A DNA stretch of 64,000 bases, taken from positions 24,492,001 through 24,556,000 of the forward strand of contig NC_058368.1 in assembly GCF_018350175.1 (NCBI RefSeq), read 5' to 3'. This stretch comes from Felis catus (Eukaryota). This document shows, piece after piece, positions 23,673 to 37,060 of this stretch (position 1 is its first letter; every line of letters starts with the position of its first letter). The notes below the pieces were generated by a model. It saw nothing but the letters and a program-made list of their open reading frames with translations. It made no database searches and was not told where the DNA came from. The position numbers and the translations under genes were made by a program.

Positions 23673-24009
23673 CAGAGGCGCATATAGGATGTGAGGGGAG
23701 TTTGGGAGAGGATAGTCCTAACTTGAGGCTGAGGGACTCAGGGAAGAGGAGATTCTTAAGCTTAAACCTCAACAGGCCAAGGGCATCATTGAGCATTGGG
23801 CCAGGGAGAGGGCTGGCATCCTGGCAACAGATAAAACCATACTGCCATGGTTGCTGGTAATCAGGTGGGTATGGTTAGAACCTGGTCAGAACAGGGGCAT
23901 TGCTGAAGAGAAGGCTGAATTGACTATCAAGGGTCTCTGTGCACATGACCCAGAAGCTGTGGGAGGTCAAAGTTAAGGTTTGGCTTTTTGGGTTTTTGTT
24001 GCTTTTGGG

Positions 24010-24237
24010 TTTTTTTTTAATCTTTTTTTTTTTTAATGTTTATTTATTTTTGAGACAGAGAGAGACAGAGCATGAACAGGGGAGGGTCAGAGAGAGAGGG
24101 AGACACAGAATCTGAAACAGGCTCCAGGCTCTGAGCTGTCAGCACAGAGCCTGATGCGGGGCTCAAACTCACGGACCATGAGATCGTGACCTGAGCCGAA
24201 GTAGTACGCTTAACCCACTGAGCCACCCAGGCGCCCC
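24010..24237 (-). mobile_element. CAN-SINE
   Basis: Ends gagccacccaggcgcccc. Poly-T on the left. Confidence 0.96.
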
Positions 24238-24244
24238 ATTGTCG

Positions 24245-24365
24245 CTTTTGTTTTTTAAGTAGGCTCCACACCCAGCGTGGAGCCTGATACTCACCACTGT
24301 GAGATCACGACCTGAGCTGATACCAAGAGTCAAACGCTTAACTGACTGAGCCACCTAGGTGCCCC
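24245..24365 (-). mobile_element. CAN-SINE (short, older variant)
   Basis: taggctccacacccagcgtggagcc...actgagccacctaggtgcccc. Confidence 0.9.
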
Positions 24366-27300
24366 AGTACTGCAAGTTTTTAAGTAAGAAAGTAACAGGG
24401 AGAGTTTCCATGGTAGGAAGGTTACAGATCGCAATCAACCTGCTGCATACGGCATTCCACTCCACAGGCAAATACTGCACACGTAACCAGGGTGAAAACA
24501 GATCTCGAAAAAGTAATTCACCTATTCGGAATCATTGGAATAAACTCATTATGTTGAGATTCTTCCGTCATAACGTCCCTAGGTCATTCCAAAGGGGTTA
24601 CTATGGTTTTTCTTTTTTTTTTTCTTCACCCTAAAACAGACTATGTCACCAGTATAAGCGGCTGAATTTCAAGTCTGCAAGGAGCTCCCTCGACTGCCCT
24701 GCCCCCTGGCACGTTCTCACAACAGAATCCCTCCATGTTCCACTGATTCTCTGCAAGATTTTTCCAACTCCCAACAAATTCAAGCCACCATTTTAAGAGG
24801 CATTGATGCCTTCTCAGCAGGGAAAAAAATAAAGGCATGCATTCCACTGAAAATGGAGATTTGTCAGCTGCAACAGCCCAAGTCTTAATGAGGTGGGATG
24901 GGCTGGGAATGGGGAGAGACTGAGGGCGTGCCAAAGCCCTGTCATTCAGAAACTAAGTTAAGTGGGACCTGGCCAGTTCTCAGTGCTTTCCTCAATAAGG
25001 CGTGGAACACATCCATTCTTTAACTCCGCACCAGTCAAATCAAGCACCAGAGAACAAAAATGAATGAAGGAAGCTCTCACAATGGAGTGTTCTATTTTGC
25101 CCACAAATCTTAAAATCTCATATAAACTCAGTCCTGCAGAAAATGTTTTGCAAGTTAAAAACAAGCCACATGGTGGCACAAATTATTTTTTGAGTCAAGT
25201 AAAGGGGGCAGGACAGGAAGAGTGAAAAGAATGATCCAATTGGCATCATCACTAATGGAAGATGATGGCCTTAATTAAACACATCCCTGGGGGAAAAGGT
25301 TGACTTTGAACAAAAGCAAGTGACCCTCCAAGAAGGAGTAGATTTTTTTAAATGAAGCTAGAGGCTGGATGCTTTGCCTACTATTACTAGTGCTGTAAAG
25401 CTCAGATTTTGTAAACACGTTATTTAAAACTCTTAAACTGATCACATATTCGTGGCTTTCCTTATCCCAGAAAGTATCTGCTTTCTCCTCATCACGATCC
25501 TTTTATTGAATATTTGCCTTCCCCCACTACCACCTTGATGTCGAGACCCCCTACTCAGTCTGCACGTTCTAAAACCACGAGCATCATCTTTCACCACGAG
25601 TGTGCATTATTATTATTATTATGCCCCAGAAATTACTCCCAAGATGAAGCAGGATTCCATTAAACACACCGGCTGATAGGTCCCGGCTCACACGGAATTT
25701 GCAGCCCTTCACCAGCTGCTCTCGGTGGTATAACATAACATAAAACTCAAGCCGAAATCTCTTGCTCAATTTCAATGGATGCAAATGACAGACTGGCATC
25801 TTTCAACTACGCTAAAAGCTTCCAGCCCTGCTCACTCTGGGACACGTGCCAGTGGGATCAGCTATTACACCATGGGTCTCTCTCCAAATGCTGTTTCCCA
25901 AAAGGCTTCGGCTCAACGAGCGGTATGATCGAACAACAAAGCCGCTTTACTGAAATAGCTAATGGCAAACTTTTTACAAAACCGAAAGCAAATGTAAAAA
26001 GATGGAGACAGAAATGCCAGCCTGACCGCGGTGCTCTTGAATGCTGCTAGTCATTTCTAGAGGCTGTCACGGTAGTTTAAATTACAGAGTAATTTTCTTA
26101 GCCTAATTCTAGCATGCCTTAACTGTAAATAAGTAAACAACCTGAGAATTTCTTTTTTTCCTTCCAACTTACACGTTCTTTGGTTCTTTGGTAGTTCCCT
26201 TTGGGTTTATTAAAAAAAATCGGCATTGTTGGAGTGGTACTGTTCGTACTTAGTCTTCTAGGACCCAACTTTCATGGTAAAATGAAGAGTCAGGAAGCTC
26301 TCCTGATACTGGAAACGCAATCCACTTACAAGGGTTTGCAAGTTAATGCCTGCTGCTAGGGATGTCATCAGGATTTGCACTTGCAGATGCTTGTCTGTTA
26401 GGAAAGATGCAATCACACTCACCCAAGCTGGAGAATTTAAAACCTAATTAACAGCCGATTTCGTACAACGGTAGATTAGTTTATTTCCTTTGGAGGACGT
26501 CAGTGTCACTGACTTGGTTCATGGTATACACTCCATTAACCAACCAGGTGGTTGGCCAACCAGAATTCAATCAACACAGAAGATACAGGACACTCTGCCT
26601 TGGGAAGAACCACGCAAATGAGCGTGTACTTATTTGGATTTCAGTTTTTAGAAGTTCTTTATCTCACAAAAGGTTCATCACTAGGTTTTTTTAAATAGCA
26701 ACTTCTGTCAGCACATTCCATTTGATTCAATTTACTCAGGGCTGATTTACACACAGACTTGCATAAACATTTCTGTTACATAAAGAATAATGCAAGATTT
26801 CCTTACCCTTGGAGCTCAATATCTGAAACACAGGCCTAATTACCCTGTATCGTACCCATCTTTTAAATCCTTCTGGCTTCCATGAGCACAGAGAGGGACT
26901 AGATGAGTGAATGAATGTCTGCAGGATCAAGAGACGAATGCAAACCTCTCAGCCGCCTGACGAGTTTTCAGTTTTATTATCATAATACAGTGTAAAAAAA
27001 AATCAATTGTTTAAAAAATATTATCCTTCCTGATTACAAGGTAGCTACTAACTCCCTATATTCCTTTACGATACTGGGCTCTCTGTGCCGTCCCAATGTC
27101 AGATTTATTCAATTGTAAATACTGCATACATCTAATAGAAGATGTACTTTTTTCCTGAGAAACCTAGCTACGGCAATGAGAACTAGGCAACGCAGAGCTC
27201 CATCATCCCTCACCTTTGTCAAAAGCTTTCGAACTAGCCCCTTACCCCAAAGTCTCCCCTCATCTGAGCTCAGAACTGAGCTCTGGAGAGCCAGCTTCAT

Positions 27301-29639
27301 CTGCATTCACTCAGCGTGCACGGCATCCTACCTAAAGTGCCAGAGTCTAGGGGTAAGCACAGCGCTTGCCCCGAAGCCACTCACAGCTACGTGGGAAAGA
27401 CGGGTGTGTGAACAGACACAGACAACACGCTGGGGCACCTGCACCCTACCTCCCACAGACCGGCGAATGTCATTTTGCAGGTGGAGGAATCTGATTCACT
27501 GTACTTACACGATGCTGAACGATCGTCCATCTGGGCCGAGGAGAAGGATAATAAGCCTGCTGGGTACAAGAAACTGTGCTCACACATAGCTCTACCACGC
27601 CAAAATGTCCCGGGTGCCGAGGTGTAAAACATGAAGAGAGGGGTCAACTGAAGAGGAGCATGGGTGGGCGTGGCAGGCCAAGCCCCAGTCCCTGCTCTCA
27701 GAGCCCACAATTTACCTTAAACTCACAAGAACTCAGTGAACATCCCACATTTCCCAACCAAGGGGTGTGAGCTTCCCATGCGAAATAAAGTAGCTCATAC
27801 ATTAGTTATTTACCCAATGTCTCTGTAAAATGGAAAAAAGGAAATAAGCACTAATTGAGTGCAGCCGTAACTAAAACTTAGATTAAATGAGAAGCATGGC
27901 AATGTCCAAACCCAAAGGCAAAATTCCCCATAAATAATAAAGCAAACAGCAAGTTCCTCCATACGTTGGCCCCATAAGTCACCACTGTGTCACAAAAACG
28001 TGGTGGATCATCCCCAAGTCACCTCAGCGCTACATAGCTCCATGTTCTGACTGATTACCTAATCAAGGTTGTTGTGATTATTACAACACTGTCCTTTGAG
28101 CCCCCACACTCGTTTGTAGAGGGGAATACCACAGACTCCCCATTTGCTCTATACTTTTCCTTTTTTTCCCCTCAGGAATTAAGCGAACATAAATACATAC
28201 ATCATGGAACAATGAACATAGCACATCATCATCAGTGTAAAAAAAGGAAGAAAATAATATTCTTTTCTATGGCATAGCCAGACGGATATGCAAGAAACTG
28301 GTGACTGACACCAGTTGACAGAGGAGGAGGTGACCTGTGTGCCTGGGGACAGACATGGGAAGGAGTTTGCACTCTGTACCCTTTATCTGTCAAATCTGGA
28401 AACACATAAACGTGTTACTGAGTCCAAATATCTTAACAACCAATACAGACAACAATTACATTATCTCCATTCATAGTTTAAATTATTACTGAGCCAAAAG
28501 TAAATTAAATGCACTCTTTCTCTTGAATATATATTTAAACCCAATATTTAAAGAGTAAAATGCAATTTCTGGCATTTTGGAAAATGTGTTCCTGGCAGTA
28601 ACACAAAGACTGAGTATGTGGGTGTAGAATTTAGGAAATGTCTCAACATAAGCATCTATTTTAGCTAAAATTCTCAACACATGAAATCCACAAGGCTCAC
28701 AATTTGGTCCATCTTCCAAAGGAAAAACAGTAGTAAAAGTCGTGCCAATCCAACTGTTCACTTCCATCCAAATGTTCACTCTCCTTTCTTCTGACTTCAA
28801 ACACTGAGCTTTGTGTGTGATCTCTCTAGATGAATAAATTACCCCGAAGATGATTTCTATACTGAAGTATTTTCCTCTTTACATAACTTTACCATCTCCT
28901 TGCCTGTGTCCTGTAAACCCACGTCCTAACTTTGAGCCTGTTCTGGTGAATAATTCATTCCTTAATGGATTTCCTGGAAATTCTTGGTCACTGCTTCAAA
29001 CCCAACTTCTCAAACTAAAAGAAATCAGAAGAAAATATTTAAATGGGGACTTATGAAGCTCATGGATCCCAAGAATCTGACAAGATTTTTTCTGAAAATA
29101 TTTGTAAACTATGAGGCACTATCCATATAGTAGTTCTTATTTTACCTAGTAGTAATAAAATAGTAAAACCCACACAGAGAAACACAATAGAGGGAGAGCT
29201 ACAGAGGCAGGAAAGTGCTACTTTAACAACAGAATTCAGCTCTGAGCCTCCTCAGGGCCAAACTAAACAAGAAAACATGAATGACAAGGGAGAAAATGTA
29301 CAGTCACAAGGGGGAAAAAATCCCTCCGAGGGCACACTAAGTTTTGTCGTTATTATTATTTCATTTTATATGAAACTTAGTCTTCGAAGAAATGCCCACG
29401 AGAGGGCTGCCATAGTGTAAGGTCGATGTCCTCAACATCATCTCCACAGTGAATGCCGAAGAGGACTCTTTCTTTACGATCATTTGCAGCAACTTTTCTT
29501 ATAAATTGAGGGGAAACTATCAAAGCAAAATTCAGTGCCATTTTGCTACACACCAAGCTTTGCTAAACTTTGAAGGAGCTATAATTTCATATATATGAAC
29601 ACACATATACAGAGCTCATGTAACACATTGAGGGCGTCA

Positions 29640-29762
29640 CTACCAAGGTATAAAGCTTCTCGAAGGTAGGACCTGTCCTACCTGTCTTTGTGTCCAAGTA
29701 TCTAGTAATACCCAGTGCTCGGCAGACTCTCAAAAACATTTATTGAATGAATGAATGAACCA
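29640..29762 (+). mobile_element. LINE-2 3' end
   Basis: ataaagcttctcgaaggtagggacc...cagtgctcggc...ctcaaaaacatttattgaatgaatgaatgaa. Confidence 0.75.
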
Positions 29763-29895
29763 ACAAACAAAAGCAAAAGAAGGAAATGATACCCCACCAT
29801 TCCTATGAAAAAACAGCTTGGGAGCGGGGAGGGGGGCTATCTTGGAGGAGAGCTTTTATCTTGCTCCAGGAACTTTCTCAAGACCTATCATTCTC

Positions 29896-30098
29896 GGGGC
29901 GCCTGGGTGGCTTAGCTGGTTAAGCGTCTGACTTCGGGTCAGGTCATAATCTCACAGTTCATGAGTTCAAGCCCCGCATCAGCCTCACTGCTATCAGTGC
30001 AGAGCCTGCTTCAGATCCTCTGTTCCCTCTCTCTCTCTGCCTTTCCCCTGCTTGCGCTCTCTCAAAAATAAGTAAAAACTTTCTTTTAATTTATTAAA
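29896..30098 (+). mobile_element. CAN-SINE
   Basis: ggggcgcctgggtggc head. TSD core ctatcattct on both sides. Confidence 0.95.
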
Positions 30099-30182
30099 AA
30101 AAGCTATCATTCTTTATGAAGAATCTGAGTAAATAAGACGGAAATACAGCTTAATGACAATAGAGAAAAGGCCTGACGTGCC

Positions 30183-30379
30183 TTTTTTTAACTTAATTTT
30201 ATTTTTGAGAGAGTGAGAGAACATGCACGCATGAGCCGTTGAGAGGGGCAGAGGGAGACAGAGAGAGACTCCACACTGAGTGTGGAGCCTGACACGGGGC
30301 TCAATCCCACAACCCTGAGATCAGGACCTCAGTCGAAATCGAGTCAGACGCTCAACTGACTGAGCCACCCAGGCGCCCC
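30183..30379 (-). mobile_element. CAN-SINE
   Basis: Ends tgagccacccaggcgcccc. Confidence 0.93.
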
Positions 30380-30644
30380 ATCGACACATGTGTTTTAAAG
30401 AGAAGGGTTAGGGAAGGACCAGTGACCTCCAAGATCATGAGACCTTCAGGGGGCTTGAAGTGGGGACTTGGCCCACAAGAGCCTTGCTCTGTGTCACCTC
30501 GTGGCTTCTCTCAGCCTCTCTGAGTAGCAAATAAGGCTACACAGCTCCGATGACCCTTTATGGGCTCCCACTTCAAATGCCGTAGGCTCCCGCTCACAAA
30601 AACACAATGTTGGAAGGGACCACACAGATGAGCTGACATCCTGA

Positions 30645-30785
30645 CTTCACAAAAGGAAAGAGGGAGGTTCTGACAAATGAAGTGACTTGCCCACACAGCT
30701 AGTAAGTAACTGGTCCGGGATGAGAACCAAGTTCTCCGGGACCCGGGTCCAAAGTTGTGTCTAATTCACCACACTCCTCTGCCTG
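30645..30785 (-). mobile_element. MIR fragment
   Basis: tgaagtgacttgcccacacagctagtaagt...gggatgagaacca. Confidence 0.65.
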
Positions 30786-33239
30786 AAATGAAAGGCTGAC
30801 TCCCTTTCTATTCCCATCCAAAGCATCCAAGTATAAACAACCAAAAACACATATCCACTCAGCCAGAAGCCCGCCCACAGAGCTGTCCACCTGACACAGA
30901 CAGACTGAGAGTTTTGAACGCTGTGTTATGCTGCCCCTGAAAACACATATACAAAAATATTTCAGATCAGTTACCTTCACAGAGAAGGGAGGTTTTATTC
31001 TGGGCCATTTTTTTTTTTTAAACGATAGTTCACTCCTGTTCTTCAATATGATACAACTTAAACTTCTCTGGGCAGAATCTATAAGTAAGTGACTCAAGAA
31101 ATTACACTTACTTTCATTGTTAGAAACTCATTAAATAATAGATAAGCCACCTGCCAGTAGGTGCTGGTGCCCCACCACACCATTATTATTATTTTTTTTA
31201 TATAGGTTAGGCTTACAACCAAGGACTGGGGTGACAGATACTGTCATCTTAAGGGCAGAGGAAAAGCCATCCATCAGACAGCGGTTCTGTTTTAAGCTTT
31301 TGATAGCAAATAAATTATTTTTATGGTGCCATAGTATAAAAGCTTTATTGAAAGGGCTCTGTCTCTGTTTTGTGCCATTTACTTTCAAGTTTTTTATTTG
31401 GAAGCTGGTCTTGTGCCCAGGTAGACACATCTGGGAAGAGAAAGTACTGCCATCAGGGCCCAGGGTCTCGTCGTGTTCCAGTTCGCTAAATAAAGCCAGT
31501 TCCCCTATCGGCAAAACTGAAACTCACTCCAGGATATTTTTCTTTTCCCAATACACAATTCCTCTGCCAAATGTGTTACCACAACTTAATTCTCAGTCTC
31601 ATGCTTACATTTCCAAGAAACGATGCTTAATTACTCTAGGAGGGAAATCCAAGGCAGTTACTCAAATTGTTTGCAAGCCGTAACTACAAGAGTTGCCTTC
31701 CAGAGGAGTGTAAGGGTGAGGAAAGGCAGGGGAGCGACCAGGCACCTCAGCTGGCGGGTTTTCCCCACCGACACTCAAAACATAAAACTTGTTGGGAAAT
31801 TTCTCCATCAAACCCCTAATAATAATCATCATCATAATAAGAGTTAGTGATTTTTAAGACAATCCACACTGAATACCATAGTTGGGCATGTGCTGGAAGA
31901 AAACACAATTGAAAATACCCATTCCTGGGAGCCAAAACATGTCTAAAACTCTTGCACTTAAAATCTCTTTTATTCTGGGGAAACAATAACACAAAAGCAG
32001 GTCCTAACACATAACCACTGAAGGTCAGAACAGAAGGAAGATTAATGCTGGGTTTTTACAAAGCAAAAATGGTGCTGGTTGCATCTCCTGCCACTTAGCC
32101 ATGGAAGAACTGTTTTTATGAAGAAGAACTAAATCATCAGAGCAATAACTCAGGCTCACTGCTGTGCAATGAACTGATCAGTGTGGACATGTAACCAGCA
32201 TAGCCCTAAAAAGGACAGCACCCTGACAATTAAATTTATAAGGACACGTGGCCACGGAATGAAGTCAGTATCCCAGATGCCCAAACCATTCTGGAATGGT
32301 TTTCTGCATTATAATACAACTCCAACAGGAGTTTCTGAGTCACTATTGTCTCTCCCCGGGACAGAATGTTCTGATATGGCACCGCGATCTACAACTGAGT
32401 AAGTCCGTCTTACGTCATTGCCCATCTTGAATGTCCTAATGCCCTTCATCTAAGTTTGGAAGTCCCCAGCAGAGAGAGTTAACACAATAATATACAAGGG
32501 ACGAGAAACAAGGAGTATCCAGCAACTATTCATTTTCAAAGGAAAAACAAAAATGTCAACCAGCAAACGTGACTCAAGGTAAAATTCTAGAGGGGATTGA
32601 GAAAGAGCATCTATGCTTTTATTAAGACTTTCTTTCTTAAATCTTCCCTTAACCGTGCATGCTCTTCTAAGAATGGTTTGGTTACCTCAGTCTTTTACAA
32701 AGTCAACATTTTTTTAAAAATGTTTTCCTTACAAGGATTTGTTTGACAGATGTTTACGATCTACGTTTTATCATTTTGTTCGTGTATCGCATTTTCACGG
32801 TCATGAAAATTTTGTTCATGTCCACGTTTCCCTATTCTTTTCATGTTCTTTTTCTAGTCGTTCCCTAACAATTTCACCTCTCTGGAGCCAGACGAAAGGC
32901 CCCCAAAATTCAGTGATCACACACCATCACTCCACACTACCTCAAAAGGCATAATTAATGAGGGCAGCATCACGAGACTAAACCGCATACAACCTGGCTC
33001 ACCAAGAAAGAGTGGGCAGCATTTATGAAACAAAACAACCTGCTAGTGTTTTTGATGCTAGAAAAGAATGTGTTTGCACCAAGCCACCTCAAAAGCATGA
33101 GTGGGAAGTAGGAATTCTGAAGACATTTAGAACCATATCAGACTTGAATGAGAAATTCTGTGGTCACCTTACTGATCTTGTGTCTACTAGAATGCTTTCA
33201 GCTACATGTCATAAAGAACCTATTTCAAAATGGCTTAAG

Positions 33240-33345
33240 CCAGGTAGACCAACTAAATCAGAATCTCTGTGAGCACAGCCCAAGCATCTGAACTGAAAGA
33301 TCTCCCAGTGATTCTAAGGAGCAGCCAAGGCTGAGAAATGAAAGC
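33240..33345. mobile_element. MER5-like hAT-Charlie fossil fragment
   Basis: agaccaactaaatcagaatctctg...ctcccagtgattcta...gcagccaaggctgagaa. Confidence 0.55.
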
Positions 33346-33630
33346 TCTGGCCAATCATGTTTTAGACCACATACCTAGAGCAATGGATGGGAGAGGACTG
33401 AGCAAAGCTGGGGTTTTATTATCAAGGAAGAAATGAGTGGGGTTGGGGAGAGTGATGACTGATAGAGAGAAAGCAGAGAGAGGTAACCAAAAATTGAGAA
33501 GTTCATGGGTTGTTTTTTTTTAAGGAAACTGAAAATCAGGTAATATATACAATGGTGATCTGAAATCATAATGTATAAATGACAGGTTTCTGCAGTTTTT
33601 CATTGGCTTTCTATAAATTATGTCATCCAT

Positions 33631-33632
<2 letters not shown>

Positions 33633-33678
<46 letters not shown>

Positions 33679-33698
33679 TTAAGTGTGTGTGTGTGTGT
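33633..33698. repeat. Interrupted microsatellite, (GT)22 and (GT)8 separated by a short ATTAA spacer
   Basis: Direct reading. Confidence 0.97.
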
Positions 33699-34868
33699 AA
33701 GTATGATGAAATCGTGCAGTGATTTATTATTTAAAGAGGCCAAAATGAAAGTGATTTCCATTTGGTTCTTTAACAACTGACCAAGTACATAAATAGTGAA
33801 CTATATATATTGCGTTGGAGATGAGTAGGAAATATCATGGGCTTTCAACAAATTACATGATCCACCAAGGTACACCTATACACATATACTTAACCAGGAA
33901 GCCTCACGAACAATCGTTGCATTCTGTGATTTCAAGAGGTCACAATGAAAGTGTTTTCCTCACATTTTGGTTCTTAACTGACCAAACGCACAATCAACAA
34001 AATACACAGCCTTAAAGATAAGCAAGGAAACAGCTTTGTTATCTTCATAACATTTTAGTGTCTTCTTAGAAATCATCTGTGTATCTAACAAGCATGCACA
34101 AAGAGTACAGAATTATCCTTTTCCTATGATTTTGCTTCAAAAACACAAAATTAAGCCTAAGTCACATGAACAGCTCTGGTACGTGAGCTACACGTTTTCC
34201 CCAGAAAACACCAAGATGAAAAGGTAGTGGTTCTCAAAGTGATCAAACTGGTCTCACGCCAAGAGGGGGTGCTTCAAAAGCAACACATATACAAGCCCAT
34301 CTCTCTGAAGAGGTGGAGGTTTCAACCAAACTGTGAGCTCTTTTTATGAATTTACACTTGGAGCCCATAATCCAACTGGCCCAGTACCACAGCGTGATGG
34401 AAAATCAAGTGATGTCTTCCTTATATCAAGTTATTTCTTGCTTATATACATTTAAAACTGTGTGACAGAAAGATAAAACTACACAAACTCATTTATTCAT
34501 ATGTTCACACCTTAATAAATGTGTCCATAAATATACACATTTTTATTGTAGGGATTCCCCTTAAAAAGCAACACACATAAAAGTAATTTCTTAAAAGACC
34601 TATTGTATTTCACTGCCTAACTATTAGAGCTTCCTTCATATCCTTTATGTAAGTTCATCTACCTCTTGTCCAATGTAACAGTCTGTCCGTTTTATTCCGC
34701 TGAGGAAAACTGAGGTCTCCTTAAGGCCAGGAATTGCCCTGTTGCCTTCGGCGATACTGATACTACCAAGTAGAGGGGGTTCGTACTGTGCCTCCTCGCA
34801 CTTAATGCCACGTTCACACGACCCCCACGAAGAGGGCCCTTGTACCTTTCCTTCAGTAAGCTCTAGAT

Positions 34869-35288
34869 CAGTGCCCAACAATCAAAATATGGCAAGCCAC
34901 TTAGTAATTTTACATTTTCTCATAGCTGCAGTTTTTAGAAAGGTAAAATTATTTTAATCATCTGTTTTACTTAACCTAACATATCCAAAGGGTGGCCATT
35001 TCAACACGCACTCAACATTTTTCTAATACCGAAATACGGTGTGTGTTTTACACTGACAGGACATCTCAGTTTGGGCGCTGAATTCCTATTGGAAATATTT
35101 GAGCATAAAATTAACAGTTGAAAAAGTAAACTCACATGCTTAAGTTTTCCACTCACTGATCTATCAGTTTTAAAGTATAAGTTACAATTAATTTAAATTA
35201 AATTAAATCCCAGTCCTCATATGTATCACCATATCTCAAGTGCTCTTTAGCCAAATGAGGCCACGGACTATAGCCCTGGGCAGCACAG
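34869..35288 (+). mobile_element. hAT-Charlie fossil (Charlie1/MER33-like)
   Basis: Internal taattttacattttct...catttcaaca...ttttacactgacaggacatctca...tcaagtgctc...agcca. Flanked by ctctagat / ctctgggt, a degenerate 8-bp TSD with the Charlie NTCTAGAN preference. Confidence 0.8.
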
Positions 35289-35648
35289 CTCTGGGTCATG
35301 GGAGCACAGTGGCACTTGGATGCTACACAGGTGTTTTCCAGAAGGTCTGGTCCATGGACCAGCCCCTCAATGTCCAGAGGAGCCCACGGGAGGGAGCTGT
35401 GGTAGCTCAGTCCAAACAAGGCTCACTCCAATGTGGGCAGGCTGAGAAAGGCTGGCCCTTAGTAGCCTAAATAGATGCAGGAGGACCTGCATGGGGGCTT
35501 GGAGGGCGTAGGGCCACCTCATCAGATGACAACTGCAAGGTTGGTTCTCAGACGCAAAAACAACTGAGGACACAAGGCTGCCATATTCTCCAAAAGCTTC
35601 CCAAACCACAGTCATCCTAACCGAGAGCAAAAAGCGAAGGTTTCTAAT

Positions 35649-35870
35649 GGGGCACCTGGGTGGCTCAGTCGGTTGAGCGGCCGACTTCAGCTCAGGTCAT
35701 GATCTCACAGCTCGAAGGCTCATGAGTTCAAGCCCCACATCAGGCTCTGTGCTGACAGCTCAGAGCCTGGAGCCTGCTTCGGATTCTGCATCTCCCTCTC
35801 TCTCTACCCTCCCCTGCTCATGTTCTGTCTCTCTCTCTTAAAAAAAAAAAAAAAAAACATTTAAAAAAAA
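35649..35870 (+). mobile_element. CAN-SINE
   Basis: TSD aaaaagcgaaggtttcta / aaaaagtgaaggtttcta. Confidence 0.96.
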
Positions 35871-36879
35871 AAAAAGTGAAGGTTTCTAGACTCTGCACCT
35901 CTAAAGCTGTTTCTAACTTTGGTTGTAAAACTGTCTCCCAAATAACATTTTAAAGTGATGTCATCTCTTCAATATGTATGTTAGCAGAATCAGCAAATTA
36001 CATTCTATGCCGTTTTCCTAATCCATTTGCAGTTGATGTCATTATTTACAGAGTGTACCTAAATGTCCTGGCATAATAGATGATGCAGAACATACCAGAT
36101 GAACACATATCTGAAAAGATATTGTGCTATTACCCCTGGGGAGGGAGGTGTGGGTGAGCAAATTAATACAAGTTTACAAGTTTTTAAAAGGAAAAAATAC
36201 ACAGGATAGTGACCATTTTTTTTCTCATCTTAAAAAAACACAAAACAAACAAGATGATATGGTCTGAAAGAGGCCAGATAAATCAGTATTACTGTAGGAA
36301 ATCTGCCTCTGAATATAAAGTAAGGAGCAAAACATAGAGAACTGGATACAACTAAGTATTAAAGACAAGGTTTGCGTGATTAGCTTCTACAGTCATCCAA
36401 AGGGAGAAATCATTTGGGATTATCATTTCAAACTCTCTCCCAAATAATTCTGCACCAGAATTGAAAGTAAGGCCTAAGAAGTGAGCATTCCACTTCCTCC
36501 TGGCTCTCTTTTGTGTGATTTGACAACACAGGCCATGAACAGTGAAAAAAAGCAAAGAACAAGGAAATGGAGACGCTAGCTCCCAGACATCTTGAGGACC
36601 ACGACACGTAAAATACAAACACAACCTTTTCTCCTTTGTTCACAGGTCTTCCTTCTGTATGGACATTTATTGAAGATGTCAAAAGGGTCCTTTCCCTGCC
36701 TGCGAAACCCAGAAGTAGCTGTGTGTGTGTTGGACGGTGGACAACCAGATCACCTGCTCCCTCCTGTGGATTAATCCCCATTCATCTTCCTGATCCCCCT
36801 TCCCCAGGTTAGAACTGGTCCCCTTCCCACCTCTGCTCTCAGAGCCCCCTAGCCCCTCCTCTGGTGGACTCACCATTCT

Positions 36880-37060
36880 TCTAGTGTCTGGTTAGTGATA
36901 AATTTTTTTGATTATTTGAATATTGTCTGTTAACCCCCTAGACCGTGAACTCCCTGAGACGGACACCACATCTGTTGTGCTCGACATGTAAGCGCATTTC
37001 CTAGCACAAAACCCTCTACCCAGTAGGTGTTCGAGAAGCCTTTCTGATTGGATGAATCAA
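36880..37060 (+). mobile_element. LINE-2 3' end
   Basis: ctagaccgtgaactccctgag...cctagcaca...agtaggtgttc...ggatgaat. Confidence 0.6.
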
